Assembly (NCBI GenBank): GCA_003228175.2
Contig: QGNQ01000006.1
Location: forward strand, 2,512 to 66,511
Source of the DNA: Chloroflexota bacterium
Lineage (GTDB): Bacteria; Chloroflexota; Dehalococcoidia; Bin125
DNA length: 64,000 bases
Direction: 5' to 3'
Both the position numbers and the translations under genes were made by a program. Positions 1-9,387 of this stretch are shown in pieces. Numbering within the stretch: the first letter of the stretch is position 1; each line of letters starts with the position of its first letter. The notes under the pieces were generated by a model, which worked only from the letters and a program-made list of their open reading frames with translations, did no database searches and was not told where the DNA came from.

Positions 1-561
1 GCGAGCCGTGATGGAGATCGGGCGGCCACACAGATCGTTATCAGTCACCTCGACATTGCGCATTCGGAGGTTCAGACGGAGTTCACTTCGCGAGCGTCCG
101 AACTCATCCAGGCGGGCGATGTCCACGACCTCACCGACAAGCTGCTGGCGCAGCTCCGCGATGGGGACGCTGCGGCGCGGCAGCAGGCTGCACAACTCCT
201 CGACTCGGCGGGCAAGGTGACGGACAGCGAACCCGCTGCCGCCGAACGTAGCGACGCTGATGATCGAGCGGCTCGTGCCCGTGAGGCGATCAAGGCGGTG
301 TCGGACGAGATCGATGGATTTCTTGCTGGCGCCGACGTTACCGAGCTCGAACGCGGATTCTTGGCAGACCTCATAATCGACCTCAGCACACTCGATGACC
401 TGGTCGCGAGCGGGCGGTTCGACGTGGCCCTGCAAGCCGAGGCAAGCAGACTTGAGCGATTGGGAAACTCGATCACGGCCGTCGCGACTCGGCCGGAGAC
501 CGTCTTGATCGGAACGCAGCTCCTTTCGATCGCGGGGACCGTCAAAGAGCTCATGCCCTAA
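1..561 (+). CDS. hypothetical alpha-helical protein (5' end outside the window)
   Basis: Frame 1 is open from base 1 to TAA 559-561; track ORF 217..561 is only its GTG-initiated tail. Ala/Asp/Glu/Leu/Arg-rich with coding-like third-position G/C. No family recognised. Confidence 0.45.
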   Translation, partial: ASRDGDRAATQIVISHLDIAHSEVQTEFTSRASELIQAGDVHDLTDKLLAQLRDGDAAARQQAAQLLDSAGKVTDSEPAAAERSDADDRAARAREAIKAVSDEIDGFLAGADVTELERGFLADLIIDLSTLDDLVASGRFDVALQAEASRLERLGNSITAVATRPETVLIGTQLLSIAGTVKELMP

Positions 562-732
562 CCGGACGTTCACAACAACTCGTCCGACAGGGCGACGGGG
601 TGCCCGTCGCGGGTGCGGCGCTTTGTCGGCGGCCGGGCCGGTGAGTAGAGCCGTCACGACGCCAGCTCCAGCCAGGCGTATGTATTGGGCAGCCTCGAAT
701 CCGCTCGGGGTCGCCATAACCCGCTACAAACG

Positions 733-761
733 AAGAGCCCGCTCCCCGGAGCGGGCTCTTT
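733..761 (+). terminator. hairpin with short T run (weak intrinsic-terminator candidate)
   Basis: aagagcccgctcc (733-745) pairs perfectly with ggagcgggctctt (748-760), followed by t. Lies in the 300-nt spacer before the carboxyltransferase gene. Confidence 0.3.
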
Positions 762-861
762 CCTGCCGTCCACCCCTTCCCTTCCGATTCCGGGACCGCT
801 CCGGCATACTTCCCCGCACGTCGTCCTACGGCGAACAGCGCACCCCAGCGAAAGGCGCGAC

Positions 862-2445
862 ATGGTTTGGCAACCCGAGATCGACGAAATCGCACGACGC
901 CGGGCGCTGGCCGTCAAGATGGGCGGAACCGAGCGCGTCCAGGACCAGCACGACCGTGGCCGCCTGACGGTCCGAGAGCGCATCGCGCTTCTCAGCGACC
1001 AAGACTCGTTCCGCGAGCGCGGGATCCTGGCCGGCGCGGGCTACTACACCGACGGCCAGCTGACCGGCTTCCATCCCGCCGCGACGATCGTCGGGCTGTC
1101 GCGCATCGACGGTCGGCCGGCGGCGCTCGTCGGCAGCGACTTCACGGCGCGGCCCAAGAGTGGATCCGCGGCCGAAGGCGACCGAGCCCCCATCCACAGC
1201 GGCGGCGACAAAGGCGCGCACGCGGAGGAGATCGCGCAGGAACTCAAGATCCCGCTCGTGCGCCTGATTGACGGTTTCGGGGGCGACATCCGCGCCACGG
1301 CGGAGATGGGTCGCACCTACCTGCCGGAGCTGTACTGGCCGTCGCGCTGGACCAAGTTACTGGCGGAGGTGCCCGTGGTCTCCGCCGCGCTGGGATCCGT
1401 GGCGGGACTGCCCGCGGCGGAGGTGCCCGCCAGCCACTTCTCGGTCATGGTCCGCGGCACGACGCAGGTCTTCGCCGGTGGCCCGCCGCTGGTGCAGCGA
1501 TCGCTGGGCGACCCGATCCACAAGGAGGATCTGGGCGGCTACAAGGTGCACGCCCGCCACAGCGGCGTCGTCGACAACGACGCGGAGGACGAGGCCGACG
1601 CGATGCGCCAGATCCGTGCCTTCCTCTCCTACCTGCCCACCAACGTGCACCAACTCCCGCCGGTCCTGCCCAGCGACGATCCAATCGACCGCCGGGATCA
1701 GGGCCTGGCCTCGATCATTCCCCGCTATCGCAACCGCGCCTACGACCCCCGCAAGCTCGTGGGGATGGTGGTGGACCAAGGCTCGTTCTTTGAGATGGCG
1801 CGCTACTTCGGCCGGGCGCAGGTGACCGCCTTCGCGCGCATCGGTGGGATGCCGGTGGGGGTCCTGGCCAACGACCCGAAGCACTACGGGGGCGCGATGG
1901 GGGCGAAGGAGGCGCGCAAGTTCGAGCGCTTCGTTGATTTGTGCGACGTCTTCCACCTGCCGATCATCAACTTCGCCGATCAGCCCGGCTTCGTGATTGG
2001 GCGGGCGGGCGAGTCGGAGGGGACGCTGCGGGCGGGCGTCCGCGCCTCCTGCGCGATCGACGATTCGCGCGTGCCCTGGGCGACGGTCGTCGTGCGGCGT
2101 CTGTACGGCGTCGCCGGCGGCGCCCACCAGGACTTCAGCCGCTTCTGCTTCCGCATCGCCTGGCCGTCGGGCGAGTGGGGCTCGCTGCCGATCGAGGGTG
2201 GCGTCGCCGCCGCCTACCGTCGCGAGATCGAAGCCGCGCCCGACCCGATCGCCAAGCGCACCGAGATCGAGGAGCGCCTGATCGCGCTGCGCAGCCCCTT
2301 CAGCGCCGCCGAGGCGTTCGCCGTGGAGGACATCGTCGACCCCCGCGAGACGCGGCCGCTGCTCGCGGAGTGGCTGGCGATCGCCTATGAGCAGCAGCTG
2401 CCGTCGCAGCTGGGGATTCGCACGCTGACGGGCATGCGCCCCTAG
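862..2445 (+). CDS. acyl-CoA carboxylase carboxyltransferase (beta) subunit, propionyl/methylcrotonyl-CoA carboxylase-like
   Basis: Track ORF 685..2445. The first 59 codons are Pro/Arg-rich filler. In-frame ATG 862 gives MVWQPEIDEIARRRALAVKMGG..., a typical carboxyltransferase N-terminus. Both CT half-domains are visible (e.g. GGAMGAKEARKFERFVDLCDVFHLPIINFADQPGF). Confidence 0.85.
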   Translation: MVWQPEIDEIARRRALAVKMGGTERVQDQHDRGRLTVRERIALLSDQDSFRERGILAGAGYYTDGQLTGFHPAATIVGLSRIDGRPAALVGSDFTARPKSGSAAEGDRAPIHSGGDKGAHAEEIAQELKIPLVRLIDGFGGDIRATAEMGRTYLPELYWPSRWTKLLAEVPVVSAALGSVAGLPAAEVPASHFSVMVRGTTQVFAGGPPLVQRSLGDPIHKEDLGGYKVHARHSGVVDNDAEDEADAMRQIRAFLSYLPTNVHQLPPVLPSDDPIDRRDQGLASIIPRYRNRAYDPRKLVGMVVDQGSFFEMARYFGRAQVTAFARIGGMPVGVLANDPKHYGGAMGAKEARKFERFVDLCDVFHLPIINFADQPGFVIGRAGESEGTLRAGVRASCAIDDSRVPWATVVVRRLYGVAGGAHQDFSRFCFRIAWPSGEWGSLPIEGGVAAAYRREIEAAPDPIAKRTEIEERLIALRSPFSAAEAFAVEDIVDPRETRPLLAEWLAIAYEQQLPSQLGIRTLTGMRP

Positions 2446-2543
2446 ATCCGGCGTCAGGGGCGGCCACACGTACCGCGACCGCCCGGGTCGATCTGTTGCC
2501 GGAGGCCGCAGGCGGCGCGCCCGCAACCGGGTACGATCGACAG

Positions 2544-4049
2544 ATGTCGCCTCGCCTACCCCGACGGACACTCCTGCGCCGCGCCGCGCAACTGGGGCTG
2601 GGCGCCGCCGGCGTCGCGCTGGTCGGATGTGGCGCCGATGACGACGAGACGCCCGCCGCTCCGGTCGCCGCACCGACACCCAGCACAGACGACGCCGCCG
2701 TCGCGGGAACGCCCCCGGAACGAACCGGCGTCGTGGTCGTCGGCGCGGGTCTGTCGGGCCTGGCGGCCGCGTCGGCCCTGCGCGCCGAGGGCCTCGACGC
2801 GGTCGTGCTGGAGGCACAGGACCGCATCGGCGGGCGGGTGCAGACCGACCGCGAGCTGGCGTCGTACCCGGTCGAGCTGGGGGGAGAGTTCCTGCACGGG
2901 CAGGGCCACGCCTCCTGGCGGCTAGCCGACGACCTCGATCTCGCACTGGGTGATGAGGCCGATTTTGATCCCGACGAGGACTTGATCGTCTTCGCCCAAG
3001 GGACGCGATGGGATTCGGACGATCTCGAGGAGGACGCGGATTTGTCCGCCATCGTCGATGTCGACCTCGACGCGAGCGCCTTCTTCGATCCCGGGGCGGG
3101 CGACCAGTCGCTGGGCGACGTGATCCGCGCGACGGGCCTGTCGCCGCTGGCGCAGGCCATCCTGATCGGCTCCGAGCAGGGCGAGTACTCCGCGCCCATC
3201 GATCTGCTCAGCGCCACCGATACATCAACGCAGGAAGAGGCGCCGGGCGCCGACCGCCGCATCGCGGCGGGCTACGACCAACTTGTGATCGCGTTGGCAC
3301 GGGAGCTGCCCGTCTTCGTTGAGCAGCCCGTCTCGCGCATCGAATGGGGCGACGGGGTGCGGGTGCACCACGCCGGCGGCGTGATCGCGGCGGACGTGGT
3401 CATCGTGACGGTGTCCGTAGCGGCGCTCCAGAGCGGGGCGATCAGCTTCGATCCGCCGCTGCCCGCGGAGAAGACCGATGCGATCGATGGACTGGGCATG
3501 GGGCGCCTGGGCAAGATCATCGCCGTCTATGACGACCCGCCCTGGGACGCCGAGACCAGCGGCGTCCTGCACGACGGCCTCGTCACGACCTGGTGGATGC
3601 CCGGCCTCGACCGAGACGATGGTCCCAACGATACCGTGATCGGATTCGCGTCGGAGCGCTTTGCGGCCGCCGTCGAAGGCCTATCGGCCTCGGAGATTCG
3701 CACGGTCGCAGTGCGGGAGCTCGTCCAAATCTTTGGGTCCAACGCCGAAGCCCCCGCCCGCTTCCGCTACCAAGCCTGGCATGAGAATCCGTGGATCGGC
3801 GGCGGCTACTCCTACGTACGCGTCGGGCGCGTGGGGGCACGAGAGGGACTTGCCGCGCCGCTCCGAAGCGAGCTCTTCTTCGCCGGCGAGGCCACCCACT
3901 CCACGACGCCCGCAACCACGCACGGCGCGATCGAGAGTGGGCGTCGGGCCGCGGACGAAGTCCGCGCGACACTGAGCAACCACCCCGCGCCGAATACCAG
4001 TCGACCGGCCTCACACGCGTTGGCGACTCGAACCCCGCTCATCCGCTAG
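2544..4049 (+). CDS. FAD-dependent amine oxidase, Tat-exported lipoprotein
   Basis: Track ORF 2496..4049. ATG 2544 gives MSPRLPRRTLLRRAAQLGLGAAGVALVGCG (twin-arginine motif plus lipobox Cys). Dinucleotide-binding VVVVGAGLSGLAAA...LEAQDRIGGRV and C-terminal FFAGEATH are as in flavin amine oxidases. Confidence 0.75.
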   Translation: MSPRLPRRTLLRRAAQLGLGAAGVALVGCGADDDETPAAPVAAPTPSTDDAAVAGTPPERTGVVVVGAGLSGLAAASALRAEGLDAVVLEAQDRIGGRVQTDRELASYPVELGGEFLHGQGHASWRLADDLDLALGDEADFDPDEDLIVFAQGTRWDSDDLEEDADLSAIVDVDLDASAFFDPGAGDQSLGDVIRATGLSPLAQAILIGSEQGEYSAPIDLLSATDTSTQEEAPGADRRIAAGYDQLVIALARELPVFVEQPVSRIEWGDGVRVHHAGGVIAADVVIVTVSVAALQSGAISFDPPLPAEKTDAIDGLGMGRLGKIIAVYDDPPWDAETSGVLHDGLVTTWWMPGLDRDDGPNDTVIGFASERFAAAVEGLSASEIRTVAVRELVQIFGSNAEAPARFRYQAWHENPWIGGGYSYVRVGRVGAREGLAAPLRSELFFAGEATHSTTPATTHGAIESGRRAADEVRATLSNHPAPNTSRPASHALATRTPLIR

Positions 4050-4495
4050 CGGCCCAGCAGCGCCTCGATCTGCGCGGCGTGCTCGCGGTCGTGGTCGGCG
4101 CTGCCCTCCAGGAAACTGAGCACGCTCCACTCCTGCCCGCCCAGCTTGCGCAGCCGGTAGAACGCCTCCTCGTCCACCCCCGCAACGATGCCGAACAGAC
4201 GCTGGCCCGAAACGGTGAGCAGCGCCAGCGCCTGTTCGACCGTGCCGGGACCCTCGTCCTGCTCTGCGATCGCTCGGGCCGGGGGCTCCACCTCCCGCAA
4301 CGACGCGATCCCACGGCCGTGGCCCCAGTCCGCATCGATCACGTGGCGCAGCACGCCGGACACTGTCCAGCTTCCCCGCCGCCCCACGGCCAGGTTGGCA
4401 TCGCTGAGCCCCCCCACCCGCGACAGCAATTCCGCCCGCGCCGCCTGCGCGTCGGCCAGCGCCGCCTCCCGATCCCGGTCGAACTCGGGTGTCAT
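4046..4495 (-). CDS. DinB-family (DinB/YfiT-like four-helix bundle) protein
   Basis: 149-aa ORF with candidate His-containing motifs (LRHVIDADWGH, SADHDREHAAQIE) typical of DinB-like metal-binding bundles. 4-nt convergent overlap with the amine oxidase stop. Confidence 0.65.
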   Translation of the reverse strand: MTPEFDRDREAALADAQAARAELLSRVGGLSDANLAVGRRGSWTVSGVLRHVIDADWGHGRGIASLREVEPPARAIAEQDEGPGTVEQALALLTVSGQRLFGIVAGVDEEAFYRLRKLGGQEWSVLSFLEGSADHDREHAAQIEALLGR

Positions 4496-4680
4496 CTCGA
4501 TCCTCGCTTTCGCAGCCCTCGGATGTTTGCGGGCAACCGTCGCGAACCGTGGGGAGTCTAGGCCTGTGCGGCCTCGTATTGCCGCTTCGACGCCAGTCCG
4601 AGAGAATCAGCCCCAGCCCGCGCGACGCCGTCGCGCACGCCTGCCCGGCGATACCGCCTGGGCGTAGCAGGAGGACCAAC

Positions 4681-5766
4681 GTGGACTACGCGCGACTGGC
4701 CGATAAGGCCCTGGCCGGTGAATGCCTCAGCCGAGACGAATCGCGCGCGGTGCTGACCTCGCCCGACGATGAGGTATTGGACCTGCTGGCCGCCGCCTAT
4801 CGCGTGCGCCGCCACTACTGGGGCAACCAGGTCCAGCTGCACGTGCTGCAGAACGCCAAGAGCGGCCTTTGCCCCGAGGACTGCAACTACTGCTCGCAGT
4901 CATCGGTCTCGGACGCCGAGATCGACAAGTACCCCTACTTGGAGAAGGAACAGATCGTGGAGGCGGCGCGGCGCGCGAAGATCGCCGGCGCCGTGCGTTA
5001 CTGCATCGTGGCGAGCGGGCGCGGCCCCACCAACAACGAGGTCGACTTCGTCAGCGATGTGGTGCGCTCAATCAAAGATGAGATGGACATTGAGCTCTGC
5101 GCTTGCGTCGGCATTCTGGACGAGGCCAAGGCCGGGCAGCTCGCCGAGGCGGGCGTCGACCGGCTCAATCACAACCTCAATACCAGCGAGCGCTACACGC
5201 CCGAGATCGTCACCTCGCACACCTACGAGGATCGCCTCGGCACGCTGCGTGCCGCGCGCAGCGCTGGGCTGGAACTCTGCACCGGCGCGATCTTCGGCAT
5301 GGGCGAAACGGATGAAGACGTGATCGACGTGCTCAGCGACCTGCGGGAGCTGGCTCCCGACTCGATCCCGATCAACTTCCTGATCCCCATCCAGGGCACG
5401 CCCTTGGAGGAGATCCACGAGCTGACGCCGAATCACTGCCTGCGACAGTTGGCCCTGGCCCGCTTCCTCAACCCCTCGGCCGAGATCCGGATCGCCGGGG
5501 GCCGCGAAGTACACCTGCGCTCGATGCAGGCGATGGGCTTGTACGCGGCCAACTCGATCTTCGTCGACGGTTACCTGACGGAGCCAGGGCAGAAGACGGC
5601 GGACGCGCAGGAGATGATCGCCGACCTCGGCTTCGAAGTCGTCGCCGGCGAAGCGGGCGCCCCAGTCGAAAACGCCGGCGAAGCGGGCAACCCGATGACA
5701 GCGGGCGCGCCTGAGCAGGGCATCCGCCAGCCCGAGGTCGTCGGGGCGCCGGGCAGCGGGGCCTAG
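4681..5766 (+). CDS. bioB: biotin synthase (radical SAM)
   Basis: Track ORF 4489..5766. In-frame GTG 4681 is preceded by AGGAGG (4669-4674). Radical-SAM CPEDCNYC motif and full-length BioB-like sequence (YCIVASGRG..., NHNLNTS..., GAIFGMGE). Start choice is inferred. Confidence 0.9.
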   Translation: MDYARLADKALAGECLSRDESRAVLTSPDDEVLDLLAAAYRVRRHYWGNQVQLHVLQNAKSGLCPEDCNYCSQSSVSDAEIDKYPYLEKEQIVEAARRAKIAGAVRYCIVASGRGPTNNEVDFVSDVVRSIKDEMDIELCACVGILDEAKAGQLAEAGVDRLNHNLNTSERYTPEIVTSHTYEDRLGTLRAARSAGLELCTGAIFGMGETDEDVIDVLSDLRELAPDSIPINFLIPIQGTPLEEIHELTPNHCLRQLALARFLNPSAEIRIAGGREVHLRSMQAMGLYAANSIFVDGYLTEPGQKTADAQEMIADLGFEVVAGEAGAPVENAGEAGNPMTAGAPEQGIRQPEVVGAPGSGA

Positions 5767-6161
5767 CCCCCTGAACGCCGACGCCTCGGCCGCTTGACGA
5801 CCATCAGCCCCACCAGCGCCCCGGAGAACAGCCCACCGGCGGAGCCCGCCGCATCCGCGACCCAATCCGCGCGCTCCGGCTCGCGACCCTCGATCCAAAG
5901 CTGGCCCACTTCGCTGAGGGTGGCGAACACGAGCAGCGCCGCGAGCAGCAGCAGCAAGTCACTCATCACGCGACGCCGATCCCCGGCCCCGCGGTAAGCG
6001 CCAACCACGAAGCCGAGCCCACCAAAGAGCAGCAAGTGCCCCAGGTCATCAGAGATCCCAACCGGCTGGGCGTTGGGCGTCAGTAGGGCGGCCAGGGTGA
6101 CCCCCAGCAGCGCGACACCGGCCAATCCCGCCACCGTTCGTACGACGCCGGGCTTCAGCAT
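5763..6161 (-). CDS. VanZ-like small membrane protein
   Basis: Track ORF 5763..6359. Internal ATG 6161 is preceded by AAGGAG (revcomp of 6166-6171). 132 aa with 4 hydrophobic helices and a basic tail (KRPRRRRSGG). VanZ-like assignment is tentative. Confidence 0.5.
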   Translation of the reverse strand: MLKPGVVRTVAGLAGVALLGVTLAALLTPNAQPVGISDDLGHLLLFGGLGFVVGAYRGAGDRRRVMSDLLLLLAALLVFATLSEVGQLWIEGREPERADWVADAAGSAGGLFSGALVGLMVVKRPRRRRSGG

Positions 6162-6294
6162 GACACTCCTTCTTGCCCCAAAGACTCCGTGTCCATGGTA
6201 CGTGGCGGCGTGACTCGTTGGATGAACCGGCGCATGGGCTGCGTCCGGCCGCACCCAGGCCAACGCTAGACTGACCGCTCGCGAAGGAGGACGG

Positions 6295-6963
6295 GTGCCG
6301 AAGAACCGCTCGGAGACATCCCAAGGCGCGAGTGGGCGCGTGCGCTTCTCGCTGGCCAAGGCCTACCGGCATCTGCGCGCGGCGGACCCAAAGCTGGGCG
6401 CCTTGATCGACCAGCACGGCCCATTCACGCCGCGGCCCAGCCCTGACCCGTACGGAGCGCTGGTGCGCAGCATCTTCTTTCAGCAGCTGGCCGGGGCGGC
6501 GGCCACGGCGATCATGCGTCGCACCTTCGCACTATTCGGCGACGCAGAGGCGACGCCCGATCCGGCCGACTTCCTGCCTGCCAGCGACACGGACCTGCGT
6601 GGGGCCGGGCTCTCGCGGCAGAAGATCTCCTACCTGCGCGACCTGGCCCAGCACGTGGTGGATGGACGCCTCCGCTTCGATGCGGTCAACGGCATGACCG
6701 ACGCCGAGGTGATCGAACATCTCACCGCGGTGCGGGGTATCGGTGAATGGTCGGCGCACATGTTCCTGATGTTCCATCTGGGCCGCCCGGACGTGCTGCC
6801 CACGGGCGACTTGGGTGTGCGCAAAGGCATGCAGGCTGTCTACCGACTGCGCAAAGAGCCGGACGTGCCGCGGGCCACCAAGATCGGCGCGCCCTGGGCC
6901 CCGTACCGCAGCGTGGGATCGTGGTACATGTGGCGCGCGGTGGAGACGCGAACCCCGGAATGA
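6295..6963 (+). CDS. alkA: DNA-3-methyladenine glycosylase II (HhH-GPD, AlkA-like)
   Basis: GTG 6295 is preceded by AAGGAGG (6284-6290). HhH-GPD hallmark VRGIGEWSAHMFLMFHLGRPDVLPTGDLGVRKG with the catalytic Asp. Confidence 0.8.
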   Translation: MPKNRSETSQGASGRVRFSLAKAYRHLRAADPKLGALIDQHGPFTPRPSPDPYGALVRSIFFQQLAGAAATAIMRRTFALFGDAEATPDPADFLPASDTDLRGAGLSRQKISYLRDLAQHVVDGRLRFDAVNGMTDAEVIEHLTAVRGIGEWSAHMFLMFHLGRPDVLPTGDLGVRKGMQAVYRLRKEPDVPRATKIGAPWAPYRSVGSWYMWRAVETRTPE

Positions 6964-7088
6964 CAGGACCTGGACGGCAGTCGAGGTCCGCGGCGGCGTC
7001 GCCCGTGTCATCACGTTGTGAAGGGGCCCCTCACGCGCTTAGACTCCAACCACGACAGCAGTGCTCGCTCCACCGACGGGAGATCCTC

Positions 7089-7661
7089 ATGACCACCGCG
7101 ACAACGACCTATCCGGTGAGTATTTCGGTTCCTGCCCCACCCCAGCGCTTCGAGCGCATCAGCGTGCTCTTTCGGATCGTCGCGAGTTGGCTCCCGATCC
7201 CAACGGTGCTCTTCTTCCTGCCGTTCATGAGCGCCTATCAGATCTCGAAGCACAAGGGCGACTTCCACGCGAGCTACGGCGAGAGTTACCGCGCGCTGCT
7301 CAACTGGGTGGCCAGCTTCTACGCCTGGATGTTCTTCCTCACGGATCAGTTCCCGTCGTGGGGCGAAGAGGGCGCCACCCGTCTGGGCGTGGAGTTCAGC
7401 GGCACACCAACGATTGGTTCGGCGCTGCTGCGACTGATCATGGTGATCCCGATCGGCATCTTCCTCTACCTGGTCGGAATTGTCGGCGCGGTGATCATGA
7501 TTGTTTCGGGGATCATGGTGCTGTTCACGGAGCGTGTGCCGAACTTCTCCGAGCCTTGGCAGCGCAAGAACCTGCAGCTCACGATGCGGGTACTGGGCTA
7601 CTACGCCTCCCTGGTGGAGGAATACCCCCCGTTCGAGCTGGAGCCGGCGCCGAGCATCTGA
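7089..7661 (+). CDS. DUF4389-family membrane protein
   Basis: Track ORF 6747..7661. ATG 7089 follows GGGAGA. YPVSISVPAPPQRFERISVLFRIV..., hydrophobic core and C-terminal YYASLVEEYPPF are typical of DUF4389. Paralogue of 7845..8456. Confidence 0.7.
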   Translation: MTTATTTYPVSISVPAPPQRFERISVLFRIVASWLPIPTVLFFLPFMSAYQISKHKGDFHASYGESYRALLNWVASFYAWMFFLTDQFPSWGEEGATRLGVEFSGTPTIGSALLRLIMVIPIGIFLYLVGIVGAVIMIVSGIMVLFTERVPNFSEPWQRKNLQLTMRVLGYYASLVEEYPPFELEPAPSI

Positions 7662-7760
7662 CCGGCGCTTCACCGGCCTCAGTACATCTTCCACCCTGCG
7701 GTCCGCACGCGGCTGCCCGCGTCCGGCGTTTCTCCGCGAAGCGTTCCCCTGGGGCTCGCC

Positions 7761-7800
7761 GACGAGGACCGACGAGGGCCGACGAGGGCTGACGATCGCG
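7761..7800. repeat. 10-nt tandem repeat x4 (gacgagg[ag]cc)
   Basis: gacgaggacc / gacgagggcc / gacgagggct / gacgatcgcg read directly at 7761-7800, in the spacer between the two DUF4389 genes. Confidence 0.85.
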
Positions 7801-7844
7801 AGCCGGCATCGACGGGTCCGGCATCATCAGCGACGGGAGTCCTC

Positions 7845-8456
7845 ATGTCCACCACGACGCTCAATGGCGGCTACCCCATTCTGGTGCGCATGCCGCCGCG
7901 GCCGGAACGCTTCGAGCGCTCAGGGCTCGCGCTGCGGATCATCGCGACGCTGCTCATCGGCTGGACCGGCGTTGGGGCGGTGATCTACGCCCTGCCGCTG
8001 GTCACGGCCGTCCTGACCTGGCAGCTCAAGCCGGGGCAGAGCTTCGCCGAGCGCTATGGCGAGAGCTCCAACAAACTGATCGGTCTGTGGGTGGGCTTCG
8101 AGACGTGGCGGATGTTCGGCACGGAAGAGATGCCGGACTGGAACAACCCGGACCTCAGCCGCCTCACCATCGCCTACGACACCCCGACGGTCGCTGGGGC
8201 GCTGGCGCGATACCTCCTGATCATCCCCCACGTGATCTTCTATTGGATCCTGAGCATGATCGTCACGCTGGCATTCATCGTGGTCTTCTTCACGGTGCTC
8301 TTCTCCGAAAGTGTGCCCGGCGGGATTCAGGGCTTCTACCGGGGGATGATCGCGTACCAAGCCCGAACCGTCGGCTACTACGCGGGCCTCGTTGGCACAT
8401 ACCCGCCCTTCTCGGTGGCCGAGCCGGACAGCCCCCACCCAACGGAGACGCCGTGA
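7845..8456 (+). CDS. DUF4389-family membrane protein (paralogue)
   Basis: 203-aa ORF. YPILVRMPPRPERFERSGLALRII..., C-terminal YYAGLVGTYPPF. Its ribosome-binding region cgacgggagtcctcATG is nearly identical to that of 7089 (cgacgggagatcctcATG). Confidence 0.7.
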   Translation: MSTTTLNGGYPILVRMPPRPERFERSGLALRIIATLLIGWTGVGAVIYALPLVTAVLTWQLKPGQSFAERYGESSNKLIGLWVGFETWRMFGTEEMPDWNNPDLSRLTIAYDTPTVAGALARYLLIIPHVIFYWILSMIVTLAFIVVFFTVLFSESVPGGIQGFYRGMIAYQARTVGYYAGLVGTYPPFSVAEPDSPHPTETP

Positions 8457-8490
8457 GGACGGCGGCTCCCATCACGCTGCCGACGTTCGC

Positions 8491-9387
8491 ATGACCGCGC
8501 CCGCCCTCTTCCTGCCGCAGCCCCCCGACACCGACACCGACACCGACCCGTCCCTCCAGCAACGCACTCTGCTCCTGCCCAGCGAGTACTCGCGCTCCGT
8601 CTGGAGCCTGGACCTCGTGCACGGCGCCGCGACGGCGGCGCTGCTGGCGCGCACGGCCGAGCAGGCGGTCCGGCCCGACCTGCGCATCGTGCGGCTGACG
8701 ATCGATCTGATGCGTCCGGTGCCGCTGGAGATGCTCGAGGCCCGAGCCGTCGTGGTGCGGGACGCCCGGCGCATCCAAGTCGTGCAGTCGGGGCTCTTCC
8801 TGGCGCGGGGCGACGACGAGGTGGAGGTGGGACGTGCGACGGCCTTGGCGATGTGGCAGTCCGATCTACCCACCCGGGGAACCCTGGCGATCGACGCGGC
8901 GCAACCGCCCGATCCGGAGTCCCTGCCGCACCGGCCGATAAAGGTCGCCGGCGACGGGCAGGCCTACCACTCCAGCATCGAGTGGCGCCCGTCGACGGAG
9001 TGGCCCTCGCAGGAGCGGCCCACGCTGTGGATTCGCAACCCCACCCAGATCGTGCCGGGAGAGCCACTCAGCCCCGTCGCGCGGGCCGTCGCGACGGCGG
9101 ACGCGCTCAGCCCCCTGGCGAACATCGCGCCCGCCTTCGGCGCCGACGGGATGGGCTTCATCAACGCCGACATCACGCTCTACTTGCACCGGCATCCCAC
9201 CGACGAGTGGCTCTGTGTCGTCGCCACGAGCCGGCAGGGCGGCGACGGCTTCGCCATCTCTGACGGTGCGCTCTACGACCGCAGCGGTCCCGTCGGGCGC
9301 ATCGCGCTCGCCTCTCTCGCGCAGACCCAGCGCCCCCTGGCGATCGAGACGCCCCTGACCGGGACCTCCCTGACCGAGACCCCCTGA
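8491..9387 (+). CDS. thioesterase-superfamily protein (TesB-like double hot-dog)
   Basis: Track ORF 8392..9387, with an in-frame ATG at 8491. VHGAATAALLART...RIVRLTIDLMRPVP...ARRIQVV resembles acyl-CoA thioesterase-like proteins. Contains a DTDTDTD tract (gacacc x3, 8527-8544). Confidence 0.6.
   Translation: MTAPALFLPQPPDTDTDTDPSLQQRTLLLPSEYSRSVWSLDLVHGAATAALLARTAEQAVRPDLRIVRLTIDLMRPVPLEMLEARAVVVRDARRIQVVQSGLFLARGDDEVEVGRATALAMWQSDLPTRGTLAIDAAQPPDPESLPHRPIKVAGDGQAYHSSIEWRPSTEWPSQERPTLWIRNPTQIVPGEPLSPVARAVATADALSPLANIAPAFGADGMGFINADITLYLHRHPTDEWLCVVATSRQGGDGFAISDGALYDRSGPVGRIALASLAQTQRPLAIETPLTGTSLTETP

Noticed and set aside
694-716. Possible tRNA gene.
   Set aside because: Only the 3' half is tRNA-like. 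The required 5' acceptor arm (GACCCCG) and T-stem complement (AGCGG) are absent in the preceding 60 nt.
1357-2946. 529-aa minus-strand ORF antisense to the carboxyltransferase and amine oxidase genes. Similar long antisense ORFs are at 20149..23166 (+), 27142..28965 (-), 28511..29884 (-), 44286..45416 (-), 59991..61217 (-) and 61544..62485 (-).
   Set aside because: The translations are Arg/Pro/Gly/Ala-rich with no recognisable domains. Each lies opposite a gene with clear family motifs. Stop-codon depletion in GC-rich DNA produces such shadow ORFs.
8527-8544. Hexanucleotide repeat gacacc x3.
   Set aside because: It is in frame inside the thioesterase-like gene (DTDTDTD) and too short to be more than a low-complexity linker.
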